NCBI GenBank assembly: GCA_964016885.1
Contig: OZ024743.1
Location: 262,756,001-262,820,000, forward strand
From: Eledone cirrhosa
Lineage: Eukaryota
Reading direction: 5' to 3'
Length of the DNA stretch: 64,000 bases
Of the stretch, positions 24,379 through 37,000 are shown piece by piece. The notes beneath the pieces are model-generated. The model did not search any database and was not told the origin of the DNA. It saw only the letters and a list, made by a program, of their open reading frames with translations. Within the stretch, counting starts at the first letter, position 1. Every line of letters begins with the position of its first letter. The position numbers and the translations under genes were made by a program.

Positions 24379-27300
24379 TTGGAAAACCTCATGGTGGACC
24401 ATAGACGTGCTGGAAATAGTAGCTAAATTGGAGAAACCTCATGTTGCTCCATACTTATGCTAAAAATAGCAGCTAATTAAAAGGAACCGAATGGTGGTCC
24501 GAAGGTTTGCTAGAAATAGCATCTACATAAATAGCAGTGAGAAGGAAATAGCAACAAAATTAAGGGAGCCGGAAGTTGGTCAATAGCTGTGCTAGAAATA
24601 GTAGCTAAAGTTGGATAACCTCATGGTGGACCATAGGTGTCCTAGAAATATTAGTTAAATTTGAGAATTCTCATGGTGGTCCATAGCTGTGCTAGAAATA
24701 TCAACTAAATAGGGAAAACCTCAAAAGGTGAATAGGTATGCTAGAAAGAGTGGCTAAAGAGAGGGAAACTAATGGTGATCCATAGGTATGATAAAGATAG
24801 CAGCTAAATAGAGGGAACCTCATGGAAGATCATAATTGTGCTAGAAATAGTAGCTAAATTGGGGAAACACTAGGAGGTCCATGTGTGTGCTAGAAATAGC
24901 AGCTAAATAGGGGTAACATCATAGACATCCCTATGTATGTTAGAAAGAGCAGCTAAAAAGAGGGAAACTCTAGGTGTGCTAGAAATATCAGCTAAATGGT
25001 GGTCTATGGGTGTGCTAGAAATAGCAGCTACATCAATTAAACAGAAGAAACATCAAAGTGGTCAAAAGGTGTGCTAGAAATAGCAGCTAAATATGGGAAA
25101 CCTCATAATTGTCTTTAGGTGTGCTAGAAAAAGCAGCTAAAAGAGGGAAACTCATGGTGGTCAATAGGTGTGCTAGAAATAGCAGCTAAAAAGGCGGTAC
25201 CTCATGGTGGTTCTTAGGTGTGCTAGAAATAGAAGCTAAAGAGGGTAAGTTATGCTGGTCCATAGGAGTTCTAGAAATAGCAGCTGAATAATGGCACTTC
25301 ATGGCACTTCATGGTGGTCCATAGGAGTGCTAGAAATAGCAAGTAGGGTGGTCTATCGGTACGCTAGAAATTGCAGCTACATCACCTAAATAGGGGGAAC
25401 GTCATGGTGGTCCTTAGGTGCGTTAGAAATAGCAGTTAAATGCCATGGTGGTCTTTGGGTGTGCTAGAAATAGCAGCTAATTAAGGGAACAATATGGCGG
25501 CCCATAGGTGTGTTAGAAATAGCAGCTAAATAAGGGGAAGCCTTATGGTGTTCCATAGGTACGATAGAATACCAGCAACATCATCTATACAGGGGAACCT
25601 CATAGTGGTCAATAGGTGCGCTTGAAATAGTAGCTAAATATGGGGATCCTCATGCTGGTCAATAGATGTGCTAGAAATATTAGCTAAATAGGGGAACCCC
25701 ATGGTGATCCATAAGTGTGCTAGAAATAGCAGCTAAATAGGGAGAACCTCATGGCGGTCCAAAGGTGTGTCAGAAAAAAGCAGCTAAATAGAAAGTTGCC
25801 CTAGAAATAGTTGCTAAATTTGGGTAATACCATGATGGTCCATAGATGTGCTAAAAGTAGCACATGAATCAACTATGTGGAAACACGCGGTTGTCCATAG
25901 ATGTAGCTACTATTTCTAGCCGACCTTTGGACCACAATGAGATTCCTTTTATTTAGCTACTATTTCTAGCACAACTATGGATCTCCATGAAGTTTCCTTA
26001 TTTAGCTGCTATTTCTAGCACACCTATGGACCACCATGAGGTTCCCCTATTTAGCTGCCTTTTTTAGCACACCTATAAGGTTCCTATGTTTAGCTGAAGT
26101 AGCTCCAATTTCTCGCACACCTGTGGACCACCATGAGGCTTACTCTATTTAGCTGTTATTTCTAGCACACCTATGGACGATTATGAGGTTTCCTATATTT
26201 AGCTGTTATTTCTAGCACACCTTTTGACCACTTTGAGGTTCTTCTGTTTAGCTGATGTAGCTGCTATTTCTAGCACACCTATAGACCATCATAAGGTTCC
26301 CTCTATTTTGCTATTATTTCTAGCACACCCATTGACCACTATGTGGCTCCCCTATTTAGCTGCTATTTCTAATAAACCTTTGGGTCACCATTCGGTTCCT
26401 TTTATTTAGCTGCTATTTCTAGCACACCTACGGTCCAGCATGAGGTTTCCCAAATAAAGCTACTTTTACTAGCAAATCTATAGACCATCTTATGGTACCC
26501 CTTAATTTAGCTGCTATTTCTAGCACACCTATGGATCCACCAATAGTTTCCCCTATTTAGCTGCTATTTCTAGCACACCAATGGAAAACCATGTGTTTCC
26601 ACCTATTTAATTGATTCGGCTGCTACTTTTAGCACATCTATTGACCATCATGGCGTTACCTAACTTTAGCTACTATTTCTAGCGCAACTATGCACCAGGT
26701 TTCCCCAAATTTAGCTACTATTTTTAACACGTCGGCCACCATGAGGTTCTCCCTATTTAGCTTCTATTTCTAGCACCATCCTGGAACTCCATGAGGTTTC
26801 CCAAATTTAGCTACTATTTCTAGCACGCACATGGACCACCAAGTGGTTTCCCTTGTTTAGTTGATGTAGCTGCTATTTCTAGGAAACCTTTGGACCATAT
26901 GCGGTTCCTTTCATTTAGCTGCTATTTCTAGTACACCTATGGATCACCATGAGGTTACCCTATTGGCCTGCTATTTCTAGAACATCTATAGACCAGCATG
27001 ATGTTCCACATATTTAGCTGCTATTTAGCTGCGCACCTATTGACCACCACGAGGTTCCCCCTGTTTAGCCGATGTAGCTGCTATTTCTAGCGTACTGAAG
27101 AACCACCATAAGGCTTCCCCTTCCTTCGTTGCTATTTAGCTGCTATTTCTAGCACACCTATGGACAACGATGAAGTTCCCCCTATTTAGTTGATTTAGCT
27201 GCTTTTTTAAGCACATCTATGGACCATCATGAGGTTTTTCAAATTTAGCTACTATTTCTAGCGCAGCTATGCACCACAATGAGGTTCCACAAATTTAGCT

Positions 27301-27774
27301 ACTACTTCTAGCACATCTATGGACCACCAGGAGGTTCCTTTTATTTAGCTGCTATTTCTAGCACAACCATGGACCACCACGAGGTTCCCCTGTTTAGCTG
27401 ATGCAGCTGCTATTTCTAGCACTCTAATGGACCACTATGAGGTTCCCCTATTTAGCTGCTATTTCTAGAACACCTATGGACCAGCATTAGGTCCCTCTTT
27501 TTCCCTTACTTAGCTGCTATTTCTAGCACACCTATGGACAACTATGAGGGACTCCCTTTTTAGGTGATGTAGTTCCTATTTTATGCACACCTATGGACCA
27601 CCATGAGGTTCCCCAAATGTAGCTACTATTTTTACCACACCTATAGACCTCCATGATTTCCCGCTATTTAGCTGCTATTGCTAGCACACCTATGGGCCAC
27701 CATAAGGTTCCCCTTATTGAGCTGAACATATATATACATATATATATATATATGTATGTGTGTGTTCGTGTGTG

Positions 27775-28010
27775 TGTGGGCTTAGTGAAATATCGATTTT
27801 TTTAGGATGGTTTATCAAATATCGATTTGGGGGTTAATGAAATATCAGTTTGGAGTGTTTATAAAATATCGATTTGGGGGGTTTAATAAATTATTGATTT
27901 TGAGGGTTGATAAAACATCTATTTGGGAGTTTGATTAAATATTGATTTGGGGGGGGGGGGGGTGTTAGTAAAATCGATTTAAAGGGTTTAATGAAAACAC
28001 TGGTTATATA
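27775..28010. repeat. Degenerate ~27-bp minisatellite (GGGGTTTAATGAAATATCGATTT)
   Basis: About 8 recurrences of AAATATCGATTT-like words. Confidence 0.7.
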
Positions 28011-28127
28011 ATTTTATGGGGATGTAAAATAGGAGTGGGATGAATCTCACTAAAATATTGGTTAATTTTTGTTATTTTATTAACAAAAAATAGAAATAAA
28101 AATGAAAAATAAAAATAAAATAAATTG

Positions 28128-28480
<353 letters not shown>

Positions 28481-29080
28481 TGCACACTCAATTACACTCT
28501 ACAACAGAGTAAGTTGACGTCCCATTGAACATTTTTAGGGAAGCTAGGACACTCACGCCATTACCTTGGGCGATAGCAAGTCTCAGGCGCCCGAATAGCC
28601 AAGACCCTCTCCCTACCATCACTTGATATAATTGTATAGATATTTCAAATTGATTCAAAATTCCCTTGTTTTCTTATGCAAACATCACAGCAAATAAATA
28701 GTTATGTTATGTTTCATTCTTTCCCTACCGTTATCATAAAAAAAAACTATAATTTTAAAGTTGTGATTTAGGTGGATAATTAGTAGTTAAAATGAAGTGA
28801 AATCGTGGAAAGTTGTAATTCAAGTGCTTTAAAATATCAAAAGTATTATATACTGAAAAGTAATGATAGTAAATTGGAAGTGGAATTAATTGCTAATGTT
28901 TCACGATGCTTGTAAAACATTTATAATATTTCCATCATAGATAACTATAATTAAAAGGGACTTAACCCTTATTTTTGTTTTCTTACAGTGGCTTCCCTTT
29001 GATATTATTAGTATTTATTACATTAATATGTGGTTGCCGGCTGAAAGAAAAGAGTACTCAATATCGAAATAAAGTTTAAA

Positions 29081-29221
29081 TATTCATTTTAGGCTTAATA
29101 ATGAGTCTTGTTACTCTGGAATTTCGCCTGTTTACCTCAGGGTCGTGTCTGACGACCCTATGATAAACAGTCTAAACTCCAGAGTAACAAGACTCACTAT
29201 TTAGCCTTAATAAAATGAATA
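29081..29221 (+). mobile_element. Short fold-back element with degenerate hammerhead
   Basis: Hairpin centred on GGGTCGT-GTCTG-ACGACCC. Right arm TGT-CTGACGA-CCCT..-TAAA-CTCCAGAG-TA-ACA; left arm (minus) retains CAGGC-GAAA. Confidence 0.65.
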
Positions 29222-29239
29222 TACATTAATACATTAAGT

Positions 29240-29431
29240 TTGTGAATTGGCAGTATCGGTAGAGCGTCAGATAAAATGCTTTGCGGTAGTTAGTTACGTA
29301 GTCAAGTTTGCTTTTCATCCTTCTTGGGTCGATAAAATAAAATACAAATCTGTTATTATAGTCTATATGACCAACTTTCCTCTTTCCCCAAATTGCTGGC
29401 CTTGTGCCAATGTTAGAAAGAATTATCATTA
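29240..29431 (+). mobile_element. Degenerate tRNA-derived SINE
   Basis: TGGCAGTATCGGTAGAG, core TTTCATCCTT..GGGTCGATAAAATA, tail GGCCTTGTGCC. Confidence 0.8.
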
Positions 29432-30123
29432 ATCTTATTTTTATTGCTTGTTGTTACTTCATTACTGAGCACAACTCTGTGTGCTTTGGGCATGTGCAGT
29501 GTGGTTTTTGATATTATTGTTTCTATTATATTGAGAGTACTCTTCATTATATATGTATAGTGCCTGGTATTGTTATTCCCTGTATGCATTTGTAAGTCCT
29601 GGGATTTTGGCTATGTATCAGACCGTTTTTTTTTATCATTCCCAGAGCACTTCTTCTTCTTCTTCTTCTTCTTCTTCTATATTTACTAAAATAGTAACTT
29701 GTAGATGTAAGTATCAATTCACAGTTGTATTAAGTTTTGCTGCAATTACTTTGATAAGATAACAGCTTTGGGAAGTGGTATTGTTTAGCACAATCGCCAC
29801 CTGGCTGTAGGATACCGCTAAGAGAATTCTCTCTATTAAAAGTATTCAGATTACACAACACCCCCACATAGTTTCTTCTCCATATATAATTTTTTTACCT
29901 AAAGTTGGTTCCATGATAAAATTCTAGGGTACCATGAGATATGTGTCTTTCAATAATTTATTATATATATATTTCTTATATATGAATAAATTCTTTAAAA
30001 CAACTTTTGTTTCAAGCCATTTATTTATAGAAATGTTGAGCAGATATGCATTTTATTGAAACTAACTTAAAGTTAAAAGCTTCAATGAAGGTTTTTTTGT
30101 TTGTCTTTTATTATGAAAACAGT

Positions 30124-30340
30124 TTAACCCTTTAGTATTTAAACCAGCTGTATCCAGCCAAAATTCATTCCCCTTTTTGAAATCAGTTGTAACCAAAAGC
30201 TCACTCCAACGTTAAGATATTGTTCTTAAAATAAACAATAACATCATCAAAATCTCATAGACTCAAGATTATGTGAGATAAAGCCTTTTCGGTGAATATA
30301 CAATAGTAAATATAGAGTAATTTAAAGGCTAAAAGGTTAA
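30124..30340. mobile_element. piggyBac-type MITE
   Basis: TTAA|CCCTTTAG ... CTAAAAGG|TTAA; same family at 32865, 33536 and 46738. Confidence 0.78.
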
Positions 30341-30519
30341 CAAGGTGAGCATGTAAGAATCCCTGGAGATGCACTGGTGATGCTACCACATCTTTCATCT
30401 CCAGGAGCAAATATGTCCAAATTGTTTCACTATTTTCATAATAAAAAGAAAGGAAAAAGAAAACCATGCATTGAAGCTTTTAAGTTAGTTTCAATAAAAG
30501 AAAAATTTTGTTTCATATG

Positions 30520-30913
30520 ATGTCTTGAGGTCTGATGGATTAGTGTTGACAAGCTTCTCCATTTCCCCCCCTATCATCTGAATTCCTCATCACCAGCCTC
30601 TCGGTTTCATTTTCTACTTCATCATCTTTAGTCATATCTTTCTTGGTCTTTCCCTTCTTCTACTTTCTTCGACATTCATTTCCATCACACCTTTTACCCA
30701 GTCACTTTCATCTTTCCTCAACACATAACTCAATCATCTCATTCTCTATCTCTTCACAGCATTCCTCACTGATTATATTCCCATCATCCTCTCATCCAGT
30801 CACTTTCATCCTTCTTCAACACATGACCCAACCATCTCATTCCATTTCTTTTCGCAACATCATTCATTAGCTATATTCCTCTGTCCTAGTTACTTTCATC
30901 TTTACTCAACACA
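30520..30913 (-). mobile_element. RTE LINE C-terminal relic containing ~2.5 tandem copies of the 94-bp unit
   Basis: Minus translation MRWLGHVLKKDESDWMR and VLRKDESDWVKGVMEMNVEESRRRERPRKI*. Confidence 0.75.
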
Positions 30914-32648
30914 TTGCTGAATGCTATGCAGGCATTTTTACTGTTGAAGACCAAAACGTACCATCCCCACAACCTCTGATATCAAATTCTATAACAACTA
31001 TGGAATTTACACCTGCAATGCTACAACATCACCTTAAAAATAAATGCAACCATGCTTCTCCTGGTCTTGATGGTGTTATGCACCTGCTTCACAAATGTGG
31101 TGAGTACTTCCTTCTGCACCAGCTATCACTCTTCTTTCAATTCTGTCTGAACAACAGTGCTACTTCGGAGCAGTGGAAAACTGCCAGTGTCATTCCTCTG
31201 TTCAAAAAGGGTGACCGCACGTCACATGTGAACTATCATTCAGTCAGTCTTACTAGCTGCATTGCCAAACTGATGGAATCCTGTGTCAGAGAAACACTTT
31301 GGAACTTCTGGAACTCTCACAGTCTTATCCAGCCCTCGCAATTTGGATTTATCCCTAACTCCAGGGATCTGCTGTGCTCAACTTATCGAGTTTCTTGAAG
31401 ACATCATCCGGATCTCTGATGGCGGCTCATGGGTGGATGTTGTTTACCTTGACTTTGCGAGGCCTTCAATTCTGTGCCACACAAAAGACTTATGGCAAAA
31501 CTATCTGCAACGGGTGTGAAGGATGATCTTTTTAGCTGGTTGAAGTCCTTCATTCTCAGTTGAAGAGAGGTAGTCACGGTTCTAGGACAGCATTCCTCAC
31601 TGTATAAGATGTCATCTGGTGTACCACAGGGATTTGTTCTTGGTCCCTTTTTGTTTGTGGCATATATTAATGACATAGATGCCAACTTAAAGAATGCCAC
31701 AGTACTGAAATATGCAGATGACATCAAGCTGTACCTTGAGGTAAAAAGGACAGATCCTGAACACTATAAATCTTTCCTGTAATCAGACCTGGACACAATG
31801 CAGCAATGGATCATGGAGTGGCAACCACCATGCATTTTGGGAAGAAAAACCCAGTATCCACATACTTCCTCCACAACACTAATATCAAGAAGTCTTCTTG
31901 TGAACGTGACCTGGACATTACTGTCATCAGCGATTTGCGATGGATGAAGCACGTCTCTAAAATTGTCAAGAAGGCCGAGGGTGTCTTAGCATCACTCAGC
32001 AAGACCTTTGTCAGCCGCTCTCCAGCTATCTATTTAAAGCTGTATATAGCTATGGTGCGGCCACACTTAGAATTTGCATCACCAGTCTGGAACCTCTGTC
32101 TTGTTCAGAACATTGACCTCCTGGAAACTGTTCAGAGATGTGCAACCAAGCGAATACCCTCCATCAGGCATCTACCATACTCTGAACGCCTTGCTTCCCT
32201 GGGCATGGATACATTGAAGCTCTGACATCTGGCAACTGATTTGGTAAACACCCACAAAATTATTAACCATCTTGCAACAACCCTGAGTACCTTTTTGAAC
32301 TCCATGTGTCTAACACACGTAGGCATGCCTACAAAGTCAGAAAACACTTTTGGAAACATTTTTTCACGCTCAGAGTTGCTGAAGCATGGAACAAACTTCC
32401 TGCATCAGTTGTTAGCTGCCGAGACACTGCATCCTTTAAAACCTCTATGCTTCCTGAAATTCGCCAACACTACACCTGATATCCCCCACTCCATTTGCAT
32501 GCACACACGTATATCATGACACATACACTGTTCACTTACCTGGCATTTGAACATTATTCTATGTACTATACATGCACCTTTGATGAGTTGTAGTGCATCT
32601 GAGCACTGTACACAATAATTTCATTATTATTATTATTATTATTATTAT
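30914..32648 (+). mobile_element. 5'-truncated CR1-group LINE (RT), pseudogenised
   Basis: SPGLDG, WKTASVIPLFKKGDR, VSLTSCIAKLME, VDVVYLDF, GVPQGFVLGP, YADD, VRPHLEFASPVWN; (ATT)n tail. Confidence 0.92.
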
Positions 32649-32864
32649 GACCCAACCATCACCTCATTCTAGCTGACATTTCCAAGTTCCTGGACCATCT
32701 TCAATGTTTACCTCACTCTAGTCAACATTGCCAGCTACCTGGAACATTTACCATGTTCACCTCATTCTAGCTGACATTGCCAAATCTGATCTACATTCTT
32801 TGCCACTTCTCTTCAATTAATAAAACAATGTAAGCAATATAATTTTTTTGTCTAGATGTTTTCT

Positions 32865-33088
32865 TTAACCTTTTAGTATTTACATTACTAAATATATTAC
32901 ATTTTCACAGAAAAGGCTTTACCTCACATAATTATCTCACATAATATCAAATCTACGAAATTTTGATATTATTTATTTTCATAACAATACCTTAACATCA
33001 ATATGATGTTTGAACAGAAAGCCAGTTTGACAGAAAGAGATGAGAGATTTCTAGCCGGGTACGGCCAGTTTAAATGCTAAAAGGTTAA
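32865..33088. mobile_element. piggyBac-type MITE
   Basis: TTAACCTTTTAG ... CTAAAAGGTTAA. Confidence 0.78.
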
Positions 33089-33535
33089 AACATTTTTTTT
33101 TTCAACTTCCAATGTAAAGTGCGCAAGTAAAATTAAAAATTAGATCATTTTAAATGTGTCATGTAGTTCATTCGAACTGTTAGAAATAGCAGTTGAATCT
33201 CCCTCAAAACACACCCTACTGGTTCTAAGTCTCTTGCGCATAGGACAAAAAAGGATTGTGAGGGTTAGGAAGCCTTTGATCATAGACCTGCTCAATGAAA
33301 ATTAATCTGGTGCTAAGCAACAACAACAGCACCTGTAGCATCATTAGTTACATATTTCCAATGAACCAACCACTGGTTCATAGCATTTCTGATGGCAAGA
33401 GTAACATGAGAGAGTTTGAGTCTCAGAACAACATGATTATGAATCACTTCTTAACCACAAAGCCTCACCTGCTCATAGATCTCAATTTCTTTCTCTCATT
33501 CTTGATTAGTTTCAACATTTAAACATTTAGTTGTT

Positions 33536-33763
33536 TAACCCTTTAACATTTCCATTACTCTATATTTACTATTATATTTTCATGGTAAAGACTTTATCTT
33601 ACACAATTATCTCACATAATATAGAATGTATGACATTTTGATTTTATTCATTTTGAGAACAATACCTTAACATCAGTATGAGTAGCCAGTTACAGCCAGT
33701 TTGAACAGAAAGAGGTGAGGGAATTCTGATCGGATACAGACAATTTAAATGCTAAAGGGTTAA
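33536..33763. mobile_element. piggyBac-type MITE
   Basis: TTAACCCTTTAACATTT ... AAATGCTAAAGGGTTAA. Confidence 0.82.
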
Positions 33764-34030
33764 TCAATTGAATGTCTGATTCCTTAACCCTGTTAACACC
33801 AAACTGCCAGAAAAAAATCCCTGATCCTGATTCTATAATACAAAACTGTTTGTTTCAAAGTGTTTATTTACTAAAAACCTTCCATCATAGTACTATGTAA
33901 GTTATGTTTCAAACACCAGGATAATAATAAGAAAGTTACATATTTCACTAAATTCTTTTCAATTCTTGATTATTTTCAAAATGGTCTGGAAGTTTTAGAC
34001 AAGTAAAGAAAAAGCCTGTCTAAAACTTCC

Positions 34031-37000
34031 AACCATCTCATTCTCTATCTCTTTACATCATTCCTCACTGGTATATATTCCCATCATCCTCCCATCCAGT
34101 CACACCTTTCCTCAACACATGACTCAGCCATCTCATTCTCTATCTCTTTACATCATTCCTCACTGGTTATATTCCCATCATCCTCTCATCCAGTCACACC
34201 TTTCCTCAACACATGATTCAGCCATCTCATTCTCTATCTCTTTACATCATTCCTCACTGGTATATATTCCCATCATCCTCCCATCCAGTCACACCTTTCC
34301 TCAACACATGACTCAGCCATCTCATTCTCTATCTCTTTACATCATTCCTCACTGGTTATATTCCCATCATCCTCTCATCCAGTCACACCTTTCCTCAACA
34401 CATGATTCAGCCATCTCATTCTCTATCTCTTTACATCATTCCTCACTGGTATATATTCCCATCATCCTCCCATCCAGTCACATCTTTCCTCAACACATGA
34501 CTCAGCCATCTCATTCTCTATCTCTTTACATCATTCCTCACTGGTATATATTCCCATCATCCTCTCATCCAGTCACACCTTTCCTCAACACATGACTCAG
34601 CCATCTCATTCTCTATCTCTTTACATCATTCCTCACTGGTATATATTCCCATCATCCTCCCATCCAGTCACATCTTTCCTCAACACATGACTCAGCCATC
34701 TCATTCTCTATCTCTTTACATCATTCCTCACTGGTTATATTCCCATCATCCTCCCATCCAGTCACATCTTTCCTCAACACATGACTCAGCCATCTCATTC
34801 TCTATCTCTTTACATCATTCCTCACTGGTATATATTCCCATCATTCTCCCATCCAGTCACACCTTTCCTCAACACATGACTCAGCCATCTCATTCTCTAT
34901 CTCTTTACATCATTCCTCACTGGTATATATTCCCATCATTCTCCCATCCAGTCACACCTTTCCTCAACACATGACTCAGCCATCTCATTCTCTATCTCTT
35001 TACATCATTCCTCACTGGTATATATTCCCATCATCCTCCCATCCAGTCACATCTTTCCTCAACACATGACTCAGCCATCTCATTCTCTATCTCTTTACAT
35101 CATTCCTCACTGGTATATATTCCCATCATCCTCCCATCCAGTCACATCTTTCCTCAACACATGACTCAGCCATCTCATTCTCTATCTCTTTACATCATTC
35201 CTCACTGGTATATATTCCCATCATCCTCCCATCCAGTCACATCTTTCCTCAACACATGACTCAGCCATCTCATTCTCTATCTCTTTACATCATTCCTCAC
35301 TGGTATATATTCCCATCATCCTCCCATCCAGTCACATCTTTCCTCAACACATGACTCAGCCATCTCATTCTCTATCTCTTTACATCATTCCTCACTGGTA
35401 TATATTCCCATCATTCTCCCATCCAGTCACACCTTTCCTCAACACATGACTCAGCCATCTCATTCTCTATCTCTTTACATCATTCCTCACTGGTATATAT
35501 TCCCATCATTCTCCCATCCAGTCACACCTTTCCTCAACACATGACTCAGCCATCTCATTCTCTATCTCTTTACATCATTCCTCACTGGTATATATTCCCA
35601 TCATCCTCCCATCCAGTCACATCTTTCCTCAACACATGACTCAGCCATCTCATTCTCTATCTCTTTACATCATTCCTCACTGGTATATATTCCCATCATC
35701 CTCCCATCCAGTCACATCTTTCCTCAACACATGACTCAGCCATCTCATTCTCTATCTCTTTACATCATTCCTCACTGGTATATATTCCCATCATCCTCCC
35801 ATCCAGTCACATCTTTCCTCAACACATGACTCAGCCATCTCATTCTCTATCTCTTTACATCATTCCTCACTGGTATATATTCCCATCATTCTCCCATCCA
35901 GTCACACCTTTCCTCAACACATGACTCAGCCATCTCATTCTCTATCTCTTTACATCATTCCTCACTGGTATATATTCCCATCATCCTCCCATCCAGTCAC
36001 ATCTTTCCTCAACACATGACTCAGCCATCTCATTCTCTACCTCTTTACATCATTCCTCACTGGTTATATTCTCATCATCCTCTCATCCAGTCACATCTTT
36101 CCTCAACACATGACTCAGCCATCTCATTCTCTATCTCTTTACATCATTCCTCACTGGTTATATTCCCATCATCCTCCCATCCAGTCACACCTTTCCTCAA
36201 CACATGACTCAGCCATCTCATTCTCTATCTCTTTACACCATTCCTCACTGGTTATATTCCCATCATCCTCTCATCCAGTCACACCTTTCTTCAACACATG
36301 ACTCAGCCATCTCATTCTCTATCTCTTTACATCATTCCTCACTGGTTATATTCCCATCATCCTCTCATCCAGTCACATCTTTCCTCAACACATGACTCAG
36401 CCATCTCATTCTCTATCTCTTTACACCATTCCTCACTGGTTATATTCCCATCATCCTCTCATCCAGTCACACCTTTCTTCAACACATGACTCAGCCATCT
36501 CATTCTCTATCTCTTTACACCATTCCTCACTGGTTATATTCCCATCATCCTCTCATCCAGTCACACCTTTCTTCAACACATGACTCAGCCATCTCATTCT
36601 CTATCTCTTTACATCATTCCTCACTGGTTATATTCCCATCATCCTCTCATCCAGTCACACCTTTCTTCAACACATGACTCAGCCATCTCATTCTCTATCT
36701 CTTTACATCATTCCTCACTGGTTATATTCCCATCATCCTCCCATCCAGTCACATCTTTCCTCAACACATGACTCAGCCATCTCATTCTCTATCTCTTTAC
36801 ATCATTCCTCACTGGTATATATTCCCATCATCCTCCCATCCAGTCACACCTTTCCTCAACACATGACTCAGCCATCTCATTCTCTATCTCTTTACATCAT
36901 TCCTCACTGGTTATATTCCCATCATCCTCTCATCCAGTCACACCTTTCCTCAACACATGATTCAGCCATCTCATTCTCTATCTCTTTACATCATTCCTCA

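Larger units (their letters stand above)
18805..27727. repeat. Diverged ~49-50 bp satellite (TTTAGCTGCTATTTCTAGCACACCTATGGACCACCATGAGGTTCCCCTA) with ~59-bp variants; interrupted at 22603-24378; block 24379-25902 inverted
   Basis: Periodic recurrence of TTTAGCT (e.g. 19822, 19872); reverse-complement units at 24379-25902. Confidence 0.93.

Noticed and set aside
18805-27727. CRISPR-like repeat/spacer appearance
   Set aside because: The variable parts are homologous to each other (diverged satellite units), there are no cas genes, and the context is eukaryotic.
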